Origin: Octopus bimaculoides
Lineage: Eukaryota
Length of the DNA stretch: 38,915 bases
Direction of reading: 5' to 3'
NCBI RefSeq assembly: GCF_001194135.2
Contig: NC_068982.1
Location: 178,513,539-178,552,453, forward strand
Shown piece by piece: positions 14,507 through 26,527 of the stretch; the stretch's first letter is position 1, and every line of letters begins with the position of its first letter. The notes beneath the pieces were generated by a model, which worked only from the letters and a program-made list of their open reading frames with translations, was not told the origin of the DNA and did not search any database. The translations under genes and the position numbers were made by a program.

Positions 14507-14641
14507 GAGAACTACGTTAAGGGTACGAGTGTCTGTGGAGTGCTCAGCCACTTGCACGTTAATTTCACGAGCAGGCTGTTCCGTTGGTCGGATCAACTGG
14601 AACCCTCGACGTCGTAAGCGACGGAGTGCCAACAACAACAA
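14507..14641 (+). mobile_element. 5'-truncated copy of the same SINE 3' tail
   Basis: Reverse complement of 13206-13345 with about 5 mismatches; ends in (AAC)n. Confidence 0.9.
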
Positions 14642-14659
14642 GACAACGTTCACAGGAGA

Positions 14660-15210
14660 AGCATAGGCAGGGAGGGAATTCTCGAGACTCTAACTTCTGG
14701 AGTAGAATGAATCTTTATAGTGGGTTATCGAATTTTGAAAGACAGCATGAAGAAAGGGAGAAGGAAACAAAGCTATTCCTGGTAAAAAACGAATAGGGGT
14801 GATATGTAAATAGAAAGTTCAGAGGAATAGAGGCTGTAATGTAAATATAAAACTGCGAGGCTGCTGTTGCAGTGCGTTGAAGATGAAAAGGCTTTGAGAG
14901 GCAAATTCCAGATCTCTGTAGTAACGTTACTCAACAGAGTGTGTAACTCGGAGATCACAGAGTCATTCCAGATCACATCGCTACTTCTCTGCATTGAAAG
15001 GTCACAGTTCCGGTTTGTGATTAGAATTTCACAGGAAAGAATCATAAGACGGCTCTCTCAAGCCGAGCCAATCGGCAGGATGCCTAAGGGTATACCAAGG
15101 ACACGATGGTAGGATAATATCCATAATCTCTGTTGGTCACATTTAGGAATGCAGCCTTAAAGTCTAATGGTAGCTATTTCTGATAGGACCATATGGAAGA
15201 GGTAACTAAG
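14660..15210 (+). mobile_element. Decayed RTE-clade LINE, 3' end of ORF
   Basis: ORF 14867-15112 contains LLNRVCNSEITESFQITSLLLCIERSQFRFVIRISQERIIRRLSQAEPIGRMPKGIPRTRW. This matches the RTE C-terminal pattern DRVRN.EIR......L...ERSQLRW.GHV.RM...R......P.G.RP.GRP..RW. Confidence 0.8.
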
Positions 15211-15814
15211 GACTCTAACCCCACGAATACCCCCCAAAAATTCTAACCCCACAAATACCGCCAGAAAAAAAAATCAAATATTGTATTTTGAGTGTTTCAG
15301 TAGCATATTGTCTAAGAATAGAGATAATGAGCAATCATTGTCTTTGTGCTGCAAAAACGAACCAGATTATTTCTCGATCGAAAACATTTTTGCATCGGGG
15401 TTTGTTGTGAGTTGCAAAGGTTTTATGTTGACGATATCTTTGTGTGAAAGGTTCACAGAGTTGTGCAAAATAATATTACAGGTTTAGGAGATAGCATTAT
15501 TAGTGTTTAAAGCAAAGAAGTTTCTAATGTGCAAGTGTAGATGTGTGAAGCATAACATGATTGACTGAGTTATATTACAGATTTCCCCGTCAGTGAACTC
15601 TGACAATGTAATCTTATTGGAACCTACCGATCCGGCCTATGAATGGCTACCATAGGTGGGCAGTTTAGTTCGGAGATTCAATATATAAACTCTTTGTCTG
15701 ACAATATTTTTATAGTACCAAGTTGTGTGATTTGCATATACAAGCAATAGTACTCAACGTGCTTAGTTGTCACCTGCTTTTATATGTCACTCACCGAAGA
15801 TGTAGAGCAGTTAA

Positions 15815-15946
15815 TATTATAATGGGGGAGGCCGGTTTATGTGGCTACCCTGGGTTTCTCGTCCATAAGGGGTTTGGCCTTACAGCGTATCGTCAGACCC
15901 TAACAGGTTTGGGTAACCCCATAAACCAGCCTCCATCATTATAATA
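15815..15946. repeat. 132-bp foldback element with 36-bp inverted arms
   Basis: 15815-15850 TATTATAATGGGGGAGGCCGGTTTATGTGGCTACCC is the reverse complement of 15911-15946 with 5 mismatches; the spacer is 60 bp. Confidence 0.85.
15843..15899 (-). ncRNA. Degenerate minimal type I hammerhead ribozyme motif
   Basis: Minus strand reads GGT CTGACGA TACGCTGTAAGG ccaaacc CCTTATGGACGA GAA ACCC a GGGT A / GCC. Core CUGACGA and GAAA are present; stem II has 12-nt arms with bulges and wobbles; stem III is ACCC/GGGU with a 1-nt loop (palindromic, dimer-type); the triplet is GUA. Stem I is only 3 bp. Confidence 0.5.
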
Positions 15947-15981
15947 TAGACATATATATATATATGCATAGATATATGTAA

Positions 15982-16033
<52 letters not shown>

Positions 16034-18689
16034 GTGCATGCATCAGTAAGAACATGGACGCACACATGATCTAATACAATAGTCTACCTATTAATTTCTT
16101 TACGTAGCTAAATACCAAAATGTTGATTTTAGGTTACTATATGAAAGCAACTTGAAGAATAATAGAATATATACCAATGGTGAGGCTCATTGCAAACGGT
16201 TGTGCCAGATTTATGAAATTCGTTTTGACTGTTCCCTTACATAGAAATTTCCCAAAACATCCCTACCCCCCACCAACAAAACACATGCATATATACACAC
16301 GCACATAGATTAGTATTGTTTGTATCTTACAAAACAAAAATGATACTAGATAATTAAACTCGCATAAGAACACCTAATTTTGTAAGTTTATGTTATTAGT
16401 GTTTTGTTAAGATTTTGCAGAAATAACAGAAAATCTATCAGCCCTACAAATAATTTTGAAACTTTATGACTTCTGTGAGTTTCTTAAGACCAAGCCTTGA
16501 AACCTATGCTGGTTTATGAACTAACAAATAGTTCTGTGCAGAGAGGTTTTCAGTTGGTTTTAATTTCCTTGATATTACTTGATTGAATATGATATTTTTA
16601 GGAGAGTTTTAAAGTTTATAATTTTTGTTTGTATTGAACCTCTCCTTCAATAAATGTTTTGTTGTGATTCTTAAACCTTCTTCAAACATGATTTCAAATG
16701 TTTTGCTATCTTGTGTCTCTGAAAATTATCATTGCATATAAATATCAAATATTAAGTTTTACATCTAAGTTAATCTTAATTGCCGTATGTGTTGCTGATT
16801 CATGGGAAATTGCCACGCTTCGTCGGCGTTGAGAAGTGACCCAATAAAATTGATATTATATTTCACAATGAATTCAAAGATAGAAAATCGTAATCGGCAA
16901 TCTGATAAAATACAACTACCAGATAAATGTAGAATGGTTTTGCTTTCCCGTAGCCCGCGAACTTTAACATATTATTATTACCATATCATGTTGTTAACTA
17001 TTAGAATGGTGTCAGTATCATATCCAATGAGAAACGAGTAGATATTTTATCGAACGATGCACATTGTTTATCCCAAAGACAAAGGGTAGTTGGTTTCTTC
17101 TTTAAAATGACAATAAAACACCATTATCAGTGCTTTTGGTTAGATAAATGTTAGGTTAATATGATATGTAAAAAGAAAAAAATAGAAATCAATGAAAAAA
17201 TATCATTGAAAGCAATTTTCTTGTCTATAAAGCAATCTTCATATTAACTTACGCTTTGTCTGCATAGCAGCATCTAGTCAAAAAATTCCCAAATGTATTT
17301 CGTTGAGTACCTTAAACCAAAATCAACATTAATTGGTCTAAAACCAATGACATATTCAGCAGATACTGCCGTCATAAAACCAACGATTATGACAACGATA
17401 TTAATATATCAGCAGAGCGCTAAATCAGAACAGATAAGAACAACTCATGGGAAATCATGAAATTAAGATATAGTAAAATCAGTTAAATCGATGCCAGTAG
17501 AAGGTTATGAATAAATCTAATACTTCTCCCCTAGGCTTCTGTTATCTCTCAACCGCACACATCAACTCACTTCGTTGCAAGTGACACATCTATGGATAGA
17601 ATACCATTTAGAGTGAGTATTTTAATAGTTTTCTTATTCATAAGCTCTATATTTGAGTTTATACAACTACTATTGAAGCATTGTTCAGTGTTTTTCTACT
17701 GTACAACTTTATGCAGTTGAAATGAGTAAATAGCGATTGGTAATTAAGATTAATGAGAGATAACGACTTTTTAACATCAAATCGAACAACAAGTTAATGG
17801 TCCCAACTTGATCGATTATCAAGATTAAATGCAAATAAAGTTTTCAGTTGCTTTATAACTGATTCACAGACCCGCAGATTTTTAAACACAGTTAATCAAT
17901 TTACCATATTAAAGCCCAACTTTTACTGCCAAGAACTGAATATATCCCACATGTTTGTAAAGTGTGTAATTAAAAATGGAAACAGATATAAATATGTAGA
18001 TTATATATGAATATGTTTTAAAGCCAATAAATATACTATAAGCTATGAAATCTAATGTGTTATAATAGTGATATTCTAACACACTTTTCTGTTTTATAGA
18101 AGATTACTCGTACAAAGTATACACATTATATTTAATGAATAAGTACACGCCTATGCATTGTGGGAACCGTCCACAAAGAAATTTTGCCTCATTTCAGAGG
18201 TAGTTTGTCAATGCTTTTATTTGGAGTTCAATCTTTGAATAGATTTCGAAACTATATGATTGTGAAGCAAACTTCGTAACTGCACAAACACTCATCTATA
18301 CTACATAAATATTAGTATTCTACATAACTACATTCGATGGCTGTATAATGTATTACGTTTTGCTTTTAAATATATTTTCATGTTTCATACCATCCTATAT
18401 AAATTAGGAAGTAATATAATAAACACATTGGAGTAATACTTACAGCAGAGTTAAATGCGAAAGAGAATCAACATTCTCGTTGTTCCTGTAGTAAGTGAAG
18501 TAGTTATACTATTCTCAGCTGAAGCTGAGTGATTTAACAAAACGAAGCCCCCACCAATAAGTACTTATGTAGAAAGATTATCCTTACTACATATAAGAGG
18601 AGGTACAGTTCCTTCTTCAAATAGACCGTTGTTATAAAGTATCTATTGCGTAACTACAATAATAAAAATTGTTTCTAAAAGATGAACAA

Positions 18690-19835
18690 AACAAAACACT
18701 GCCGCCTCTCTCCTGGAAAGCCAGCAAATATAATTCAAATACTGAGTCTGACACAATAGCAAGGAGAACGGAGAAACAAAGCAAGGACTATTTAAGAACT
18801 AAATAGTCTTTCTCTCTCTATGACCAGATCAGATATAAATAACGCTGACTGAGAACATACACAGCCTTGTTGAGAAGCGCAGTACTCAAATCTGTGACCT
18901 AAGATGTTTTGACTGCAGAGCAACATAATATATAATGAAGCAGAATTAAAAATGTAACTAGAAATATCTACAAGTTGGTGAAAAAACAATCAATTACAGT
19001 TTAGTGAATATAATGGAAATTATGGTGGCATTATGAAATACTGAAAGAAAAGAGATTGTGAAGACATACCACAAGAGATATCAAAAGGCTCATTCAATTA
19101 TTAAATTTATTTTTCAAGGAAATAATTGATAGTATCTTTGAAGTTTTATATGTGTCTGCTGTGTCGTTTACTATAGGGAAATATAATCAGGAAAAGAAAT
19201 GTCTCTTAACCGAAATATGTATTCTAACAGCAGAGAATATAATGGACAAAATATCTAAAGTGTGAGAAATATAAATATCCATATTGTTGGTTTCAAAAAC
19301 TTACACAATCCTCGAAATAATGTCTTGAGAATACGTCAAAAATTGCAGGAAAATAGATAACCATAATTCCTGACCTTATACACAGTGACGCAATTCACAT
19401 GACATAAAATTAATAATAACACACGTAAAGCGACCACATATTCTTAATCTGCTGTAGAAAAAGTTTTGCTAATAGGTATTTCAAATCATGATAGAAATAC
19501 ATCTATATAAAAATATTGGAGAAATTATCCAAATTACGACATGGAAATAGATATAGTCAGAATGATAGGATAAGAAGTATGGTGAACTGAGATAGTGAAT
19601 AAAATAACAGGTGCAATGCAAATGATAAAAAGGAACATAGATGTGAGAATTTATATCATAGAAAAAAAAGTTGCACTACTAGGTACTACACATATTTCAT
19701 GTAGAGAACATTCAATATAACAAATAACAGTAAACAATTTTTTTAAAAAAAGGAAGCAAAGCAAACAGCAACTGCCTGAGGCACTTGAACACTGTACTCA
19801 GTTAGACAGTGAAAACACGCACCAGTAATAAGAAT
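18690..19835 (+). mobile_element. Decayed R4/Dong-like (RLE) LINE, 3' part
   Basis: Remnants AVLKSVT (~18880) and KVALLGTTHISCREHSI* (~19670-19720) resemble the KIALLGTAHILRR terminus of RLE-endonuclease LINEs; a 3' UTR-like segment follows. Confidence 0.6.
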
Positions 19836-19842
19836 TGTATAC

Positions 19843-19845
<3 letters not shown>

Positions 19846-19894
<49 letters not shown>

Positions 19895-19906
19895 GAGAGA
19901 GAGAGA
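19846..19906. repeat. (GA)n microsatellite
   Basis: About 30 units with one substitution. Confidence 0.98.
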
Positions 19907-20660
19907 ATACTAAGTGGGGAAAAAGAGGATATAAAATAATTAAATAGCAAAAACCTATTTTTCTTTGTTTATTGATCTCTCCATTGTTACTATAGCATGG
20001 AAGGAAAAAATCAATATTTTCTGAGAATGTCTTTCAGAATAAATGGCCCTTAGGGAAAATAAAGTTATTGATATTTTTGATCGAATTTCTTTATGAAGAA
20101 CAGAGCGTCTGTTTTGGTTTGTATTAAAGGATTTTTTTTTATCCTTTACGAAGTTCCTAATTTCAAACTAGTTCAGCACATAATTTCATAGCTGAAAGAA
20201 TTTAGATTTCCTAATAGTTGAGACACCGGCAGATTAAAGTAATTTTATCCCCCAAAATAGAAATTCAGTTTTATTGGGGAAAACTTGTCTGAATAGTTTC
20301 ATAAAATTTTCTATGAGGGTTAAAAATATATGTAGGCTAATAAATTTTTCATTATTTATAATAATGTCTGGATCAAATGTAAGCACGTTATTTCGTCAAT
20401 GCACAATATGATTTAATGCGATACACAGGTGAGTAACCATATCCAATTATAGAAGAGAAAGACTGTTCTGGTTCTTTGAAAAACAAAGAAACTTTGTGGA
20501 AAATCAGAATCCAATATTGATTCTATGAAAAATACTTCTTGGTCAGAGTAAATTCTATTTTTCTCATAATATAACTAGCTATCCAAATATAAAAAAAATC
20601 AAAATTTATATATTTCCTATCACTAAATTATAATTCGTCATTATATCCATTTCTAATCTT

Positions 20661-20726
<66 letters not shown>

Positions 20727-21087
20727 NNNNNNNNNNNNNNNNNNNNNNNNNNNNNNNNNNNNNNNNNNNNNNNNNNNNNNNNNNNNNNNNNNNNNNNNNN
20801 NNNNNNNNNNNNNNNNNNNNNNNNNNNNNNNNNNNNNNNNNNNNNNNNNNNNNNNNNNNNNNNNNNNNNNNNNNNNNNNNNNNNNNNNNNNNNNNNNNNN
20901 NNNNNNNNNNNNNNNNNNNNNNNNNNNNNNNNNNNNNNNNNNNNNNNNNNNNNNNNNNNNNNNNNNNNNNNNNNNNNNNNNNNNNNNNNNNNNNNNNNNN
21001 NNNNNNNNNNNNNNNNNNNNNNNNNNNNNNNNNNNNNNNNNNNNNNNNNNNNNNNNNNNNNNNNNNNNNNNNNNNNNNNNNNNNNNN

Positions 21088-21121
<34 letters not shown>

Positions 21122-21147
21122 TGTGTGTGTGTGTGTGTGTGTAATAT

Positions 21148-21462
21148 GTGAAGGCGCATGACTCAGGGGTTAGAACGTCGAGCTTACGATTGTCAGGTTG
21201 TGAGTTCGAATCCCGGACTGGGCTGCGTGGTGTGTTCTTGAGCAAGACACTTTATTTCACATTGCTCCAGTTCATCCAGCTGCAGACGAGGTACGACGTC
21301 ACAGGTGCCAAGCTGTATCGGCCTTTACCTTTCTCTTGGCTAACATCGCTGGTATGCATGGGCGACTGCTCGTCTTCCATAAACGACCTTGCCCGGACTT
21401 GTGCCTCAGAGGGGAACTATCTAGGTGCAATCCCATGGTCAGTCATGACCGAAGGGGGTCTC
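21148..21462 (+). mobile_element. tRNA-derived SINE with CORE-like central domain
   Basis: Head GTGAAGGCGCATGACTCAGGGGTTAG, B box GAGTTCGAATCCC, and central GTGTTCTTGAGCAAGACACTTTATTTCACATTGCTCCAG. Confidence 0.85.
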
Positions 21463-21463
21463 A

Positions 21464-21500
<37 letters not shown>

Positions 21501-21887
21501 NNNNNNNNNNNNNNNNNNNNNNNNNNNNNNNNNNNNNNNNNNNNNNNNNNNNNNNNNNNNNNNNNNNNNNNNNNNNNNNNNNNNNNNNNNNNNNNNNNNN
21601 NNNNNNNNNNNNNNNNNNNNNNNNNNNNNNNNNNNNNNNNNNNNNNNNNNNNNNNNNNNNNNNNNNNNNNNNNNNNNNNNNNNNNNNNNNNNNNNNNNNN
21701 NNNNNNNNNNNNNNNNNNNNNNNNNNNNNNNNNNNNNNNNNNNNNNNNNNNNNNNNNNNNNNNNNNNNNNNNNNNNNNNNNNNNNNNNNNNNNNNNNNNN
21801 NNNNNNNNNNNNNNNNNNNNNNNNNNNNNNNNNNNNNNNNNNNNNNNNNGTGTGTGTGTATAGCACAGTGGAAGTCTCATCGTATTT

Positions 21888-22139
21888 TTTATCTTTTACT
21901 TGTTTCAGTCATTTGACTGCAGCCATGCTGGGACACCGGCTTTGAAGGGTTTTAGTCGAAAAATATCGACCTAGGATTTTTTAAAGCCTGGTACTTATTC
22001 TATCTTGTGCCGAACCGCTAAGTTACATGTACGTAAACGCATCAACACCGCTTGTCAAGCGGCGGTGAGCGAAAACACAGACACAACGACACACACACAT
22101 ACAGATATATACACATACATATACGACGTCTTTCTTTCA
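21888..22139 (-). mobile_element. 3' half of a tRNA-derived SINE (same family as 36395-36560)
   Basis: Its reverse complement begins GAAAGAAAGACGTCGTATATG, overlapping the end of the 36395-36560 head (GAAAAAAGCTCGTCGTATATA). The body contains GGTACTTATTCTATC and GCCGAACCGCTAAGTTAC. Confidence 0.75.
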
Positions 22140-22392
22140 ATCCTGTCCAGGATAAGACTTGTGAAAATTATTTGATATGGCACTGAGTTCATAATTTATT
22201 CTTACTGAAGCCTGCTACTGAAATATATAACACACCAATTCTTCAGATTTTCGTTTAACCTAATTCTAGAATACTTCTGAGATTAACCGGAAATTCGTTA
22301 TAGCACATTTCATTCAGCAAATTCTACTTCCAGCTTTATTTCCAGATCTATATGTTCTTCTATTTGAAAGACTCCAATTATCAAATTATAAG

Positions 22393-22426
22393 AGGACATC
22401 AGATAAACAAGGACATCAGATAAACA
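22393..22426. repeat. 17-bp tandem duplication (AGGACATCAGATAAACA) x2
   Basis: Two adjacent exact copies. Confidence 0.95.
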
Positions 22427-24087
22427 TTATGATCAAGGCTTTGAAGGATCTTCAAAAGCTAGAGATCTTTCTAATTCCATGATACAGTTAAATAATTCGT
22501 ACAGTTTCGTGAAAGGTTTCAAGTATTCTTCTTATTTTCAAAACAAATGCTATTCCGTGATTTTGTTTCATTGCTAGCGTCAGATTATCTTAGATGTATA
22601 ACAAGCACAGACACTGTTACTTTATTGCTTCAAGTTTCCTTTTCCTGTCGGATAAGATTCAAAGGATTCATGATCGCTTTCAAACTTAGAATAATTATCG
22701 TCAAATCAAACTGTTTGTTGACAGCTGTTATGTTTGAAACAAAACAGTATAAGAATGCTTCATTATTTGTAAAAGTTCTGATAAAGGAACCATAATTGAA
22801 AAGATGCTGCAAACAATACGACTATGTGTGAAATATGTTAAACAAATATTTGTGAAACATTTCAATTGTAGTGAGTCAATCAACCTTATTCCTCATAGCT
22901 GACAATGCTTATTTCGAATGGCTTTTGAGAATGAAACGTGGGTGATAAAAATAATTAATAAAATCGATATCACTAAACAAACCAATACATTATGTAATTG
23001 ACGAAGAAAACCTAACGATCTATGAAACAAGTTTCATTGCAGAGGAACCAGATAGTTTAAAAATCATGAATGCCGAGACAATTAATAATTATTTCGTATT
23101 CTATTGCTTAAAACAAAAGATTGTTGAGATATAAACAAACATAAAAGTGACAAGAAAAGCTTTAATACTAATGATTACTGCTAATGAAGATGATGATAAT
23201 TATGATGATGATGATAGTGATGATGATGATGGTGACTATAATCACGGTAATGAGATGACAACAACAATAACAATATAGACAACATCAAGAGGATAACAAA
23301 TCGTAGCATGACATCGATTGATTATAGAGAGGCAATCGATACTGGAGTCACTCTATATAAATAAAACAGTTCCAGTTCTAAAATTGTATATCGACTATAC
23401 CATTTCAAAATGAAAAGCAAGCCTTTTACTAGAAAGCAAAGAGAATAATGATTAAAACTAACTCAATATCTCAAAAGAGAAAGCTAGCCGGAGGGCTTCC
23501 TATTTTCTCTACACTTATTCAAACCCTATTAAGAAAATCATTAAACCAAAAATGTTTATAAATGTTGCAAAAATTCTAAAGCATTATCTTTATGATGTAT
23601 GCTTAAAACTTTTGACAAGGAACAATATTTGACTGGAAAATCTACTAAAATTTGCTTATGAATTCAGCCAGACATTGCTCTGTATTGAACTAGATTAATG
23701 GACCAAATCTTCTATAAAAGTAAACAAATTAACTAAACTGAGAACAGTAAATTAAATCCAGACACTGAAATGAAAATGCAACTTGAAAAGCTATATTTAA
23801 AGAAAGAATAGATAACAAACTAGGAGCTGATTACATAAGAAAAGTAATAGAATAAGTAAAATAGCAATAAACAAACGACTAAAAAATAAATGGAACTCCA
23901 GCATTTACTACAGAAACACTGGAGTGAAAAAATACTTCTTTGCAAGACTCTACAGAACTGCAATAAGTCAGCAATATATCCTACGAGGGAAAATTACTGA
24001 AATAAAAAGAAGAAACTGAATGTCTGACTTTAGTTGCACACGATGTGCAGAAATATTTAGCTCGTTTAATCCAAAAACAGAATATAC

Positions 24088-24299
24088 TAATAGTTTCAAA
24101 TTTTGGCACAAGGCCAGCAAATTTCGGTGAGGAAGTCGATTACATCGACTCTTGTGCTCAAACTGGTACATATTTTATCGACCTTGAAAGGATGAAAGGT
24201 ACAGTCGACCTAGGTGGAATTTGGGCTCAGAAGGTAAAGATGGACGAAATGCCTCTAAGCATTTTTCTCGGTGTGCTAATGATTCTGCCAGTCGCTTCC
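24088..24299 (-). mobile_element. OK-like SINE
   Basis: Reverse complement of the 11662-11877 family from head to tail. Confidence 0.85.
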
Positions 24300-24309
24300 T
24301 TAAAGCAGA

Positions 24310-24458
24310 TTAATAATCCTTTCTACTGGAGGCACAGGCCTTCAGATTTGTGGGGGAGGGAAGTAGTTGATTACATCGATCCCAGTGTTTCATTGGTACT
24401 TAATTTATCGACCCCGAAAGGATGAAAGCCGTGCTAACGGCTCTGCCAGATCGTCGCC
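24310..24458 (-). mobile_element. OK-like SINE with internal deletion and 10-bp target site duplication
   Basis: Flanked by TTAAAGCAGA at 24300-24309 and 24459-24468. It lacks about 70 bp containing the B box (junction GATGAAAG|CCGTGCTAACG). Confidence 0.8.
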
Positions 24459-25739
24459 TTAAAGCAGACTGTAATAGTAAAATATATTTTTTTACTGGAA
24501 TCAACACAAAGAAAACAATCGCTAGCATTATTTCTGATCGTCCAGTCCTTGCAAACTTATAATATATCCAGAACAAATACAGATATGGCCGAATAGGCAG
24601 CTTTGTATTTTGAGCAGTATCCTACCCCCAACAAGAAAAGTGGGAGGAGATGCTGCAAGAAGCATTGACCTGGATGCAATTATCGAAAACATGCTTTTCA
24701 AGAAAGACAAGGATATGTGAGTAAATTGAACAGTTGTAAGTGAAAATAGAAATAAAAGTCCTCGTATTCTGACAGATATTTCCTTCCATTTTAACATGAA
24801 AAGAACTCAAACATGTAACATGTATCAAACTAATGAGATCTTGAAATTAAAATAACAATATCGTATAAGAAAGGAAAATAGTTCCATTTAAAGTCACTTC
24901 TCCAAGCATAACAAAGAGCAACTGGAACATAAATCATAAAAGTTATACCGAAACTTTAAACTTAAACTATTTCCAAAGTTTTCCCAGTGAGGAATTCCTA
25001 CATACTATCAACCCACTTTAAAATTCAATAGCGTAAATCAAGCAATACACTTTATCAACAACTTAGATGACACTATTCTACGAAGTCACTATCTGCAAAA
25101 AGCATTGCCATCGTAATGAAAGAACAGCTGGAATTATTAAATCCTAGATATACTATGTCTGACAAAGAAATTGAACGTGTATTGCTTGAATACTTTCGAC
25201 CATTACTATACTTCATCAGGGTTGGTATGGGAATACGACAAAACAACAATAGCATTTCATAAATCAAGATTATATACTCTAAGTCAACCACAAAGCAAAT
25301 ATAGTATACAATAACCTCATCACCTTCTAATAGCACAACTCGCATAACACACGTTCTCTACACAATAACGACTCAGTAATATAACACAATTCATGCAGCA
25401 CTCACACACCAATGACGCAATAAAATAACAGCACATATTTTTACGTAATCGAAACCCGATAGCATAGAACAACACAAGACACCATCAACAACTTACAAAA
25501 AAAACAAAACTCGCATTCAAAATAGTTACCTCGCAATAATAAATCCCAAATCATACAACCTACAACACAAAGCTCAACACATTAACTAACGAATAACCAC
25601 AATCTAAAATAACACCCCACATCAAACAAATAAAGCCTTAACTTAACACTAGAATCAACTGAGAAAACGTCCACAACAAAACAAAGTTGAAGTGACACAC
25701 AAACACTTTTCCATACAATAAGCATCAACATTGCATACG

Positions 25740-26522
25740 GCTCAGAAATATGGCGTTGCAGGTCGTTGGGTAGCAGAAGCCCGTATGAAACTGTCGAAAG
25801 CACAAAGAAAAGGGAGGGGAAGTCGGCAATTACAGACCTATTACTTGTTACTCTGGAAGTTATTTACAGCAGATGAAATATATGATTTTCTGGAAAACAA
25901 GAATTTATTGTCAGAGGAACAAAAGTGTTTTAGAAAGAAGTCAAGGTGTAGTGGTGGTGGTGGTGTTGATAGCTGCTGGTTTGCTATAGATAGTAAGATA
26001 TAAAATGAGGGGGTCAATGTTGGCAGGATGGATTACAGGAAGGCTCACCGATGTTTTAACCTGCAGGGGTGCCTGAATACGCTCTGAGTCAATGAAAAGA
26101 TAAACAGCTTTTTGGAATAAGCAAGGAGAGCGTGCGAAGTAAAATACTGATGCAAAGGAAACTCCAGGAAATGTGAAAACACACAGGAGCATTTCCCAGG
26201 GAGACTTACTGCCTCTGCTATTCTTCGTCATTGCATTAGTCTCTCTGATAAGATTACTGAGAAAATTCAGGCCAGCTTTTGAGTTTACGAGAACCAAGAT
26301 GAGAATAAATCACTTTATATGGATGACATCAAACTATAAACAAACACCGAGAAAAACTTGGATTCTCTGGAATTCAAGTTTATGCAAAGAGATATTGGAA
26401 TACAGTTTAGGGTGAATAAATGCGCAGTGCTAATTATGAAGAAAGAAGGGAGTATAAACTGTGGAAGCATAAAATTACCACACGGTTAGAATGATGCGGA
26501 AAAGTGTTGGATACAAAGTATT
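25740..26522 (+). mobile_element. R4/Dong-like LINE reverse transcriptase fragment (pseudogenised)
   Basis: Motifs occur in order across frames: NYRPITC, LWKLFT..IYDFLENKNLLSEEQKCFRKKSR, WMDYRKA, SISQGDLLPLLFFVIAL, YMDDIKL, NKCAVLIMKK. Confidence 0.85.
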
Positions 26523-26527
26523 TAATT

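Larger units (their letters stand above)
23330..24900 (+). mobile_element. Heavily decayed R4/Dong-like LINE interrupted by two SINEs
   Basis: There are traces of a YMDDLKT-like motif (~23590-23615) and an FS.DI...LDKC-like motif (~23665-23705). After the SINEs come KTIASIISDRPVLA (ETIDHIISGCP.LA-like, ~24510) and ILTDISF (LIDISIP-like, ~24765). Confidence 0.5.

Noticed and set aside
20386-20434. Strong plus-strand donor CAG|GTGAGT
   Set aside because: All frames close shortly upstream and the acceptor is poor; it cannot be called an exon.
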